Translations under genes and position numbers: made by a program
Part shown: piece after piece, positions 56,525 through 64,000 of the stretch
Layout: the number at the start of each line of letters is the position of its first letter
How positions within the stretch are numbered: position 1 is the stretch's first letter
NCBI GenBank assembly: GCA_035353335.1
Contig: DAOPZJ010000003.1
Location: 4,157-68,156, forward strand
Source: Oscillospiraceae bacterium
Lineage (GTDB): Bacteria; Bacillota; Clostridia; Oscillospirales; JAKOTC01
DNA length: 64,000 nucleotides
Reading direction: 5' to 3'
Notes under the pieces: generated by a model
Told to the model about the DNA's origin: nothing
The model's input: the letters and a program-made list of their open reading frames with translations, nothing else
Databases searched by the model: none

Positions 56525-57832
56525 TTAACCGATCTCGACGGACATTGCCGTACAGCCCGTAACGACCGTATATCGCTCGTCCGTGCCGAATCGCTCGACA
56601 AACACCGGCCCGTTGTCGTCTGCGATGACGATCAGTCGGTTTCGCATCGAAATCGGAACTCCGTACTCGTTGTACCATTTTTTCAGCGGTTTCCCGATGC
56701 CGTTCGAGCGGAAATAATCTCCGGGCATACGGCTTCGAGCCACGAGCTGTCCTGTTATTTTATCACAATTCAGTGAAGAAATAAAGTGCAAATTGTTGTT
56801 TTTTTCTTCGTTTTGGCAGATTTTAAGGGTGATTCTGCGTCCGTTGATCCAATTCTCGCCCACCCCGAGGACAGTCGGTACCATCTCGTGCACCTCTTCG
56901 CCGGAAGTCAGCAGTCCCTTGCAGGCGTTCAGCCGGATGCCGCAGAGCGTGCGATGGCCGCCGCCGGACTTGATCAGCCGTTCGGCCTCAATGATGTCTT
57001 TATAGGTCGGCGACGCCCCTTTTTGCGTAAACCACATTGCAATCGCACGGGTCCGCACCGGAACGCCTGCCGCCGACAAAATCGCACAGCTTGTCCCTGC
57101 TTGATTTTTCGCCTCAGCAAGCAGCGCCTCCGCTGCCGCAGAGAGATAATCATCATCTTCCCTCAAAAGCTGCGCAGTGCGCGCCGCGCATTCGACCGCC
57201 GCCGGGTTTAAAGATGTGAGTACCGGCAGAACCTTGTGACGGATGACGTTTCGCGAGCAGTCATCGGTCAGATTCGTGCTGTCGATGACATATAAAATGT
57301 GATTTTCCTTGCAGTAATTCAAAATTTCAGCCCGGGAACAACAGAGCAGGGGCCTCGCGATGTTGTCGCGGCGCGGCGGAATGCCGCCTGCGCCCTTCAG
57401 CCCGCTGCCCCGAATGATATTCAATAACATGGTCTCCAAATTGTCGTCGCTGTTATGCGCGGTCAAAATCAATGAATGATCTTTTTCTGCTTCTTGTGCT
57501 AAAAACCGATAGCGCAGTTCGCGTGCCGCGGCTTCGAGCGAAAGCCCTTTTTCCTTTGCGAGCGCCCGCGTATCGCCCTCTCCGAGCGTGAATTCCACGC
57601 CTTTTCTTTGGCAGATCACGCGGCAAAATTCCGCGTCCCTTCGGGCCTCGTCCCCGCGCAGTCCGTGATTAAAATGCGCAGCCCGAACCGCGCCGCCGTG
57701 CTCTGCGGCATACTTACAGATAAAATCCAGCAGCGCAGACGAATCCGCGCCGCCGGAGAAAGCAGCCAAAAATCGGTCGTATTGGGCAAAAAGCCCGTTT
57801 TTTTCGATGAATCCCGTGATTTTTTGAATCAT
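56525..57832 (-). CDS. tilS: tRNA(Ile)-lysidine synthetase
   Basis: PP-loop AFSGGADS. Conserved tilS-hpt-ftsH order. Confidence 0.93.
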   Translation of the reverse strand: MIQKITGFIEKNGLFAQYDRFLAAFSGGADSSALLDFICKYAAEHGGAVRAAHFNHGLRGDEARRDAEFCRVICQRKGVEFTLGEGDTRALAKEKGLSLEAAARELRYRFLAQEAEKDHSLILTAHNSDDNLETMLLNIIRGSGLKGAGGIPPRRDNIARPLLCCSRAEILNYCKENHILYVIDSTNLTDDCSRNVIRHKVLPVLTSLNPAAVECAARTAQLLREDDDYLSAAAEALLAEAKNQAGTSCAILSAAGVPVRTRAIAMWFTQKGASPTYKDIIEAERLIKSGGGHRTLCGIRLNACKGLLTSGEEVHEMVPTVLGVGENWINGRRITLKICQNEEKNNNLHFISSLNCDKITGQLVARSRMPGDYFRSNGIGKPLKKWYNEYGVPISMRNRLIVIADDNGPVFVERFGTDERYTVVTGCTAMSVEIG

Positions 57833-59220
57833 TGCTGCGGTTGATTACTCTCAAAAGCCGCCGAGACGAATTTCGTGATTTTGCTCTGGTAATACAGGTT
57901 GATCGTGCTGGTCGGGCCGTGCCGGTTCTTGCCGATGATGCATTCGGCCTGATTGCCGGACTCAGCTAACGGATCGTAATAATCTTCGCGGTATAAAAAC
58001 ATGACTACGTCGGCGTCCTGCTCGATCGAGCCGGACTCGCGCAAGTCGGAGAGCACCGGGCGGCGGTTCTTTGCGCCGCGCTGTTCGGTTCCGCGTGACA
58101 GCTGCGAAATCAAAATGACCGGAACGTTCAGCTCTTTTGCCATCACTTTGGTGGCGCGGGTCATCTCACTGACTTCGACTACGCGGTTTTCAATGCGCCG
58201 CCCGCTCTGCATCAGCTGCAGATAATCGATGATCACCAGCGCCAGATCCGGAATTCTGCGCAGCCGCGCTTTGATCTCGCTGATCGTGATGCCGGCGGTA
58301 TCGTCGATGAAAAACGGCATTTTTGCCAACACGCCCGCAGCGGCGGCAAAGCTTGTCCACTCGTCCCCCGAGAGCTGGCCGGTCAGGATCGACGAAAGCG
58401 GTAAATTTGCCTCCGCGGCGATCATGCGCTGTACAATCTGTTCTTTGCTCATCTCCAGCGAGAAAACGCAGACCGCGCCTTCTCCCGAAGCCGCGATGTT
58501 CTGTCCGATATTGATCGCAAACGCCGATTTGCCGACGCCCGGGCGGGCCGCAAGCACGACCATATCCGATTTGTTGAGTCCTGACAACGCCCGGTCCAGA
58601 TCGCCGTAGCCGGTCGCGATGCCGCGGATGCTCTTTTTGAGCTTTGCGCGCTGGTCAATCTCGTCGAAAACGTCGGTTAAAATGTTCTTGACCGGTACAA
58701 GGCCTTTGTAGTCGCGGCCCTGCCGGATATCGTAAATGCGCTGTTCGGCGCGCTCCAGGACGAAATCGGCCTCCTCGGTGCCCGAAGAAATGCTGTCGAT
58801 GGTATCTTTCGAGGCCGCATACAGCGTACGCATGTAATATTTGTCGAGGACGATCTTGATATAGGCCGTCACATTGGACAGTGTCGGCACGATGCTGCAT
58901 ATTTTCAGTAAGTACTCCTTGAGCTCCTCATTGGCCATGTCGGTCTCGCCCGACAGGGCGTTCAGCACGATGATAAAATCGGGTTTTTTGGCGGTCTCAA
59001 AGGCATCCTTAATCTCGTTGTAAATCTTACGGTGCAGCGGATAATAAAAATGTTCCTCACGCAGCCGTTCGAGCACCGTCGTCAGGCATCCGTCGTCGAG
59101 CAGAGCACTGCCCAGCACCGCTTGTTCGGCTTCGATGCTGTATGGCATGCCCGGCACAATTTCGATCTGATAAAAATTTTGTTTTGCCGCTGACGATGCA
59201 GAATATTCCGCGGAACTCAT
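57829..59220 (-). CDS. dnaB: replicative DNA helicase
   Basis: N-terminal EAEQAVLGSALLD, Walker A ARPGVGKSAF and IIDYLQLM. Confidence 0.96.
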   Translation of the reverse strand: MSSAEYSASSAAKQNFYQIEIVPGMPYSIEAEQAVLGSALLDDGCLTTVLERLREEHFYYPLHRKIYNEIKDAFETAKKPDFIIVLNALSGETDMANEELKEYLLKICSIVPTLSNVTAYIKIVLDKYYMRTLYAASKDTIDSISSGTEEADFVLERAEQRIYDIRQGRDYKGLVPVKNILTDVFDEIDQRAKLKKSIRGIATGYGDLDRALSGLNKSDMVVLAARPGVGKSAFAINIGQNIAASGEGAVCVFSLEMSKEQIVQRMIAAEANLPLSSILTGQLSGDEWTSFAAAAGVLAKMPFFIDDTAGITISEIKARLRRIPDLALVIIDYLQLMQSGRRIENRVVEVSEMTRATKVMAKELNVPVILISQLSRGTEQRGAKNRRPVLSDLRESGSIEQDADVVMFLYREDYYDPLAESGNQAECIIGKNRHGPTSTINLYYQSKITKFVSAAFESNQPQQ

Positions 59221-59245
59221 GAATCCGCCCGCCCTTTCGTCCGGA

Positions 59246-59695
59246 TTACTTCTCTTCCTGCTTGGTCACTTTCAGATTGACGGTCACCGCCACCTCGGGA
59301 TGCAGCTTGATGCTTGCCGCATAATCGCCGTAAGTCTTGATCTCGGGGATCGTAATCCGCTTTTTGTCAACCTCAATGCCGGTCGCCGCGGAAATCGCCT
59401 GCGCGACCTCAGCGGAAGTGACCGCGCCGAACAACTTGTTTGTGCCGCCGCGCGCTTTGATCTCAACAGTCACACCGTCGAGTTTTGCGCCGTGATCGAT
59501 TGCCGCCTGGCGCTGTTCTTTGGCATGATGTTCGAGCGACGCCGTCTTTGCGGCGACTTCCTTTAAAATCTCGGCGGTGGCCTCGATCGCCATGCCCTTC
59601 GGTATCAAAAAATTGCGCGCGTAGCCGTCTTTTGCGTTGATGATTTCGCCGGCTTTTCCGACGCTCTTGACGTCGACTTTCAACATGACTTTCAT
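59246..59695 (-). CDS. rplI: 50S ribosomal protein L9
   Basis: ATG 59695 gives [18 protein letters not shown]. Confidence 0.95.
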   Translation of the reverse strand: MKVMLKVDVKSVGKAGEIINAKDGYARNFLIPKGMAIEATAEILKEVAAKTASLEHHAKEQRQAAIDHGAKLDGVTVEIKARGGTNKLFGAVTSAEVAQAISAATGIEVDKKRITIPEIKTYGDYAASIKLHPEVAVTVNLKVTKQEEK

Positions 59696-59725
59696 GTACT
59701 CTTCCCCTTTCAAACTCGCCTGCGG

Positions 59726-60757
59726 TCAGTTTTGGGTCTCGTTCTCTTCTGTGTCTGTATCCGTTTCGTTCCCGGTATAAGCCCCGATTACCCGTTCGAG
59801 ACGCCTGAATGCGGCATACCGCCCGACACCCGGAAGCTGTGCCGCCGCCATGACGGAGTTCCCTCCGCCGCCCAACTGCTCCATGATCTCCGCGACATCG
59901 AGCCGCCCGTCGGAACGAGCCGAAATGCAGGCTTCACCTTCGCCTCTGTAGACGACAAAAGACGCCTTGACGCCCTTGATCGTCAGCAATTCGTTGGCGG
60001 CCTGAGGGGCCAAAACGCGGATTCCGGGCTTATTTATGCCCGCAACCGCGATTGCGCAGCCTTTTAACATCTTCGCCGAGAGCACCAGTTTCGTGCGTTG
60101 GCGGTAATGATCCAAACTGCAGCCGAATAAGTTTCGGGTATCGGTGATATCTGCGCCCATCGCGAACAGGGAACCGGCTACGAAAAAGGTTTTCGGCGTG
60201 GTCTTCTGGGTAAAATTGCGTGTATCCAGCATAATTCCTGCAGCAAGCGCCTCACATAATACCGTCGAGGGCGTCATCTCGGAATAGGAAATCAGTTCCG
60301 CGGCCATTTCGCAGGTCGAAGAAGCGCGTTCGTTATGGATAAACAGACCCTCATAATCGGTCAGATCGCTGCGCAGCTGGTGGTGGTCGACGATGACCGT
60401 GCGCTCGCAGATTTCAAATAGGAACGGGCATTCGAGCAGGGAAGCCCTGTTGGTGTCGGTGATCACCGAAAGGACGTCGGCTTTGGCAAGCTCTCCGGCT
60501 TGTTCCGGCGAAATGAAAACCTCGCTTTGCTCGGCTTTTTGGATTTTATCGATCAGCGGAACGGCAAGGTTTGTCTCGGTGTTGACGACAATGCGGGCGG
60601 TTTTTCCCATCTCCCGCACAAGAGAGTAAATGCCGTAGGCGGAGCCGAGCGTGTCGAAATCGGAGTTTTTATGTCCGCTGACGATCACGGAGTCGGATTC
60701 GAGAACCAGCTGTTTCAAGAGGAAAAAAGATTCTTTGCTGCAGCCTGCGATCTCCAA
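59726..60757 (-). CDS. stand-alone DHH/DHHA1 phosphoesterase (GdpP/NrnA-like catalytic module only)
   Basis: Motifs GHKNSDFDTLGS, ITDTN, VDHH and GGGGNSVMAAAQ. It has no TM/PAS/GGDEF part. Its position upstream of rplI-dnaB is where gdpP usually sits. Confidence 0.8.
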   Translation of the reverse strand: MEIAGCSKESFFLLKQLVLESDSVIVSGHKNSDFDTLGSAYGIYSLVREMGKTARIVVNTETNLAVPLIDKIQKAEQSEVFISPEQAGELAKADVLSVITDTNRASLLECPFLFEICERTVIVDHHQLRSDLTDYEGLFIHNERASSTCEMAAELISYSEMTPSTVLCEALAAGIMLDTRNFTQKTTPKTFFVAGSLFAMGADITDTRNLFGCSLDHYRQRTKLVLSAKMLKGCAIAVAGINKPGIRVLAPQAANELLTIKGVKASFVVYRGEGEACISARSDGRLDVAEIMEQLGGGGNSVMAAAQLPGVGRYAAFRRLERVIGAYTGNETDTDTEENETQN

Positions 60758-60783
60758 TCGGACACCTCCTTGTCTTTTACGTC

Positions 60784-62790
60784 TTATATGGACATCGCCA
60801 TGATGATCGGCACCACAATCGGGCTTCGCTTCATGGAGAAATAGATGCGCTTGGAAAGGGCTTCTTTGATTTCATTGCGGTAGATGTTGATGTCATTGAC
60901 ATCGCGTTTAGCGAGTTCTTCGATGATCCGGACCGCCTCGGCGCGCAGAGTTTCGAGCAGCTGTTCGGACTCCTTGACAAAGACGAAACCCCTTGAAGTA
61001 ATCTCGGGCCCGACGACAAGCCGCGGGTTCATTATATCAATTACGGCAGCCACCGTCAAGATACCGTCCTGCGACAGCAGACGCCGGTCGCGCAGCACAA
61101 CCGATCCGACGTCGCCGACACCGAGGCCGTCGACATAGACCCTTCCGGCCGGGACGCTTCCGACGACCGAGATGCCGTTTTTTCCCGCCTCGATGATCGC
61201 GCCGTTTTCGCCGAGCAGAATGTTTTTGCGCGCAATACCGACCGTCTCGGCGGTTTCCGCATGTTTTTTCAAATGTTTGTATTCGCCGTGCACCGGCATA
61301 AAGTAAGCCGGTTTTGCCAGCGAGATGATCATTTTCTGTTCTTCCTGGCAGGCGTGGCCGGAGACGTGGACGTCGTACATGCGCTCGTAAATCACTTCCG
61401 CGCCGAGTTTTAAAAGCCGGTTGACGATCTTGGTGACCATGCGCTCGTTGCCCGGAATCGGAGTCGCCGAGATGATGATGAAATCACCCGAATCGACCTC
61501 GACTTTGCGGTGGTCCGAAAAAGCCATGCGTGACAGCGCGGACATCGGTTCGCCCTGGCTTCCGGTGGTGATTAACACCAGCTGTTCCGGCAGGTAGTTG
61601 TTGAGTTCTTCGATATCAACCAACAGCCCGTCGGGGATTTTCAGATACCCGAGCTCCGTCGCAATCGAAAAAGTATTGATCATGCTTCTTCCGCTGACGG
61701 CGACCTTCCTTCCGAAGGCTTCCGCCTTGTCGACGATCTGTTGGACGCGATGAATATTCGATGCGAACGTCGCGATGATGATGCGCTTTTTCTCCGCGCG
61801 CTCAAACAGGCCGTCGAACGACTGGCCGACCGTGCGCTCGGAAGCAGTATAACCCGGTCGCTCGGAGTTGGTCGAGTCGGATAAAAGCAGCAAAACGCCC
61901 GCCTTGCCGAGTTCGGCAATGCGCGGAAGATCGATCATCGGGCCGATGATCGGGCTCATATCGATTTTGAAGTCTCCGGTGTGAATGATGACACCGGCCG
62001 GGGTGTAGATCGCAAGCGCGACCGCGTCCGGAATCGAGTGATTCGAAGCGATAAACTCAACTGAAATCTGGCCGAAACTCACGACGTCGCCGGGCGCGAC
62101 AACACCGAACAACCGTGCGCGCTCAGGGATTCCGTGCTCACGCATCTTACCGTTAACGAGGCCGATGGTCAGTTTGGTGCCGAACACCGGCACGGCGTAA
62201 TCCTTGAGCAAAAACGGCAGACAGCCGATGTGGTCCTCGTGCCCGTGCGTGATGACCACGCCGCGCAGTTTATCCTTGATCTGATCGATATAGGTCATAT
62301 CGGGGATGACGACATCGACGCCGAAAAGCTCATCATCGTTCGGGAACGCCTGTCCGCAGTCGATCATGATGGCTTCGTCGCCGTATTCGATGATCGTCAT
62401 GTTTTTGCCGATCTCCTCGAGGCCGCCGAGCGGGATGATGCGCACCGAAGCCGCCTCGGGGTCGCGTTCGTAATGAAGCTGGCTTCTCGGGAATTTTTTG
62501 ATTTTATTTTGTCCGACCGATTGCCTGACATCCCTGTCGGATGCAGGGTGCGTAAATTTCGGATGGATTTCCTCTTCTTCATCCGGCAAAGAGGGAGACG
62601 GAGCCGGCGTCTTGCGGGATGTCTCTTTGACAGGTTCCTCCGGGACCCGATTTTTCGGCGGGCGGCCCCGGTGCCTCGGCTGCTCGGGATTTTGCGCGGA
62701 CAGACCGGTATTCTCACGCTCGAACTGCGCGCCCGCAAGCGTGTCATGAATTACCGGCTTTTCGGCAATGTTCTCTTTTTCTCGAACCAT
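60784..62790 (-). CDS. rnj: ribonuclease J with about 110-aa low-complexity N-terminal extension
   Basis: Motifs IPLGGLEEIGKNM and THGHEDHIG (beta-lactamase), followed by beta-CASP and C-terminal domains. ATG 62790 follows GAAAGGA. Confidence 0.92.
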   Translation of the reverse strand: MVREKENIAEKPVIHDTLAGAQFERENTGLSAQNPEQPRHRGRPPKNRVPEEPVKETSRKTPAPSPSLPDEEEEIHPKFTHPASDRDVRQSVGQNKIKKFPRSQLHYERDPEAASVRIIPLGGLEEIGKNMTIIEYGDEAIMIDCGQAFPNDDELFGVDVVIPDMTYIDQIKDKLRGVVITHGHEDHIGCLPFLLKDYAVPVFGTKLTIGLVNGKMREHGIPERARLFGVVAPGDVVSFGQISVEFIASNHSIPDAVALAIYTPAGVIIHTGDFKIDMSPIIGPMIDLPRIAELGKAGVLLLLSDSTNSERPGYTASERTVGQSFDGLFERAEKKRIIIATFASNIHRVQQIVDKAEAFGRKVAVSGRSMINTFSIATELGYLKIPDGLLVDIEELNNYLPEQLVLITTGSQGEPMSALSRMAFSDHRKVEVDSGDFIIISATPIPGNERMVTKIVNRLLKLGAEVIYERMYDVHVSGHACQEEQKMIISLAKPAYFMPVHGEYKHLKKHAETAETVGIARKNILLGENGAIIEAGKNGISVVGSVPAGRVYVDGLGVGDVGSVVLRDRRLLSQDGILTVAAVIDIMNPRLVVGPEITSRGFVFVKESEQLLETLRAEAVRIIEELAKRDVNDINIYRNEIKEALSKRIYFSMKRSPIVVPIIMAMSI

Positions 62791-62857
62791 TTTAAATTAT
62801 CCTTTCGCGTTGGGATGCAACGAATCAATCTATATAATGCGGCTCTTGCCTGGCCGC

Positions 62858-62886
62858 ATAATACCAAAACTGCGCAAATACGCCAA
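62858..62886 (-). promoter_or_regulatory. candidate promoter for the rnj-DHH-rplI-dnaB transcription unit
   Basis: On the minus strand: TTGGCG, 17 nt, TATTAT, with a TG-extended -10. Confidence 0.45.
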
Positions 62887-62970
62887 TTCAAACCACCCTT
62901 GTGGAAGTTTCGGTCGGACAAATTTTAATTCTGTCTCGCGCGATAATATTTTACACGACCGCAAAGCGAT

Positions 62971-63014
62971 TGTCAAGCAATTTTTCTTGACATTTTTCGC
63001 GGCCCTGTTATAAT
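62971..63014 (+). promoter_or_regulatory. near-consensus promoter with inverted repeat over the -35
   Basis: TTGACA (62987-62992), 16 nt, TATAAT (63009-63014). The inverted repeat TGTCAAG (62971-62977) / CTTGACA (62986-62992) overlaps the -35. Confidence 0.6.
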
Positions 63015-63048
63015 TTTTTTATTGTTTATTTCCGGAAGAAGGGCAACG

Positions 63049-64000
63049 ATGGGACTTCAAAAAATCTCTTTGGAACAGAGCCGGCTTTTGAGAACGCTTG
63101 CGCCCTTCTTTTTTGCCGGAACCCTGTTATCTCCGGCTTTGCTCGCTTTCGACCCGTCGCTGGCCGGCTCGCTTGCGATGCAGATGGGAGGCACCAGCGA
63201 GATTGTCGGTTTTCAGAGCGTGGCAGTCTCGGTCTCGGCGCTTGCGGCGCTTGCGACCCCGTTTTTGATCACCCGCTTGAAATCTGCGAAAAAGACCGTT
63301 TTGCTCGGATGCCTCGGCATCCTTTTGACCATCCTGCTGTCGGGAGCAGTCACGGCTTTTTGTTTCAACGTGACCGGCGCATGGCTGCTCAATATCCTGA
63401 TTTTTGTCTACGGCTTATTCTATGCGGGTTTTGTCAGCACCGGAACCGCCGCGCTGACCAAAGCCAACATCCCCTCCTCGGCGTTCACCTTTTTCAGTCC
63501 CGTGCAGGTCGCTTCGGCGTTTTTGCTCTCGGCCGCGATGACCTGGACGATGAAACTGATGATCAACGACGGCGGAATGAGCGGACAACTCACTCATCTG
63601 GTCATATATGGCGTTTCGGGGGCAATGTTCGCGTCGATATGGGGCATTTACGCCTTTTCACATCTCAGGGACGGTGCGCAGCAGGCCCAAAATGCCCCTG
63701 CGGTTTCAAAACAATACCTTGTTGAATTCAAATCCGCTTTCAAAACCAAAAAGGCGTTTCTCTTCTCGGTCTGCACTCTGTTATTCGTAGTGCTCTGGAC
63801 CTCGCGCGGGCTGTACGTCAGCATCGGTTACGAAACCGATTTTGAAGCCATGACGGAGATGTATCAAAGCGCCGTCACGATTTCGATGATCGTCAAAGCC
63901 GCAGCCTTTTTTCTTTTCGGATTTGCTGCAAAACGCTGGGGCAACCGCGCCGTGCTGACTCTTATGGCCGGATTATATGTGCTATTGCCGCTTTTTGCTC
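63049..64000 (+). CDS. polytopic membrane protein, MFS-like, 3' end cut by window edge
   Basis: My own translation; the ORF track omits it because it runs off the window. RBS GAAGAAGGG then ATG 63049. The frame is open to 64000. Hydrophobic helices flank a central polar loop (HLRDGAQQAQNAPAVSKQYLVEFKSAFKTKK). Confidence 0.7.
   Translation, partial: MGLQKISLEQSRLLRTLAPFFFAGTLLSPALLAFDPSLAGSLAMQMGGTSEIVGFQSVAVSVSALAALATPFLITRLKSAKKTVLLGCLGILLTILLSGAVTAFCFNVTGAWLLNILIFVYGLFYAGFVSTGTAALTKANIPSSAFTFFSPVQVASAFLLSAAMTWTMKLMINDGGMSGQLTHLVIYGVSGAMFASIWGIYAFSHLRDGAQQAQNAPAVSKQYLVEFKSAFKTKKAFLFSVCTLLFVVLWTSRGLYVSIGYETDFEAMTEMYQSAVTISMIVKAAAFFLFGFAAKRWGNRAVLTLMAGLYVLLPLFA

Noticed and set aside
1-64000. 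CRISPR arrays, tRNA/rRNA genes, IS elements, integrases, prophage or classical defence genes.
   Set aside because: All intergenic gaps are under about 275 nt and none shows tRNA-like or repeat-spacer structure. No ORF carries transposase, integrase, restriction or toxin motifs that I can recognise.

Overview
This is a 64-kb chromosomal segment from a GC-rich, endospore-forming Firmicute. The gene content is Clostridia-type: spoIVB, glgB-C-D-A with glgD, mreBCD-mrdA-rodA, tilS-hpt-ftsH and DHH-rplI-dnaB. An Oscillospiraceae/Ruminococcaceae-like source is only my guess. I support 58 protein-coding genes. Two are partial at the window edges and so are missing from the ORF track. About ten ORF-track starts were over-extended, and I trimmed them to the start codon that has an RBS. 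By eye I found no rRNA, tRNA, CRISPR, IS, integrase or phage genes. Most of the content is housekeeping: tRNA modification, glycogen synthesis, cell-shape machinery, hisS/aspS, prfB, ftsH, dnaB and RNase J. The accessory or poorly understood parts are: (a) a VTC-domain/DUF4956/secreted beta-helix lipoprotein operon divergent from a two-component system; (b) a NitT/TauT-type ABC transporter; (c) a PadR-DUF1700 module and two SDRs; (d) a 955-aa multidomain cytoplasmic protein; (e) an URO-D-like/Gfo-Idh-MocA/SDR/C_GCAxxG_C_C cluster; (f) a MinD-like ATPase paired with a catalytically degenerate methylglyoxal-synthase-like protein. The non-coding highlights are a dispersed family of GTAG-headed REP/BIME-like GC-rich palindromes (five loci, two of them inverted pairs), a second two-copy 3'-UTR element, several near-consensus sigma-A promoters with overlapping palindromes, and a tandem heptamer array. 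No classical defence or mobile system is visible. The best candidates for something undescribed are the VTC/DUF4956 operon, the REP/BIME-like family, the MinD-like/MGS-like pair, the 955-aa protein and the trmB-ykgJ-dusB coupling. All family assignments come from recognising motifs by eye. No searches were run.
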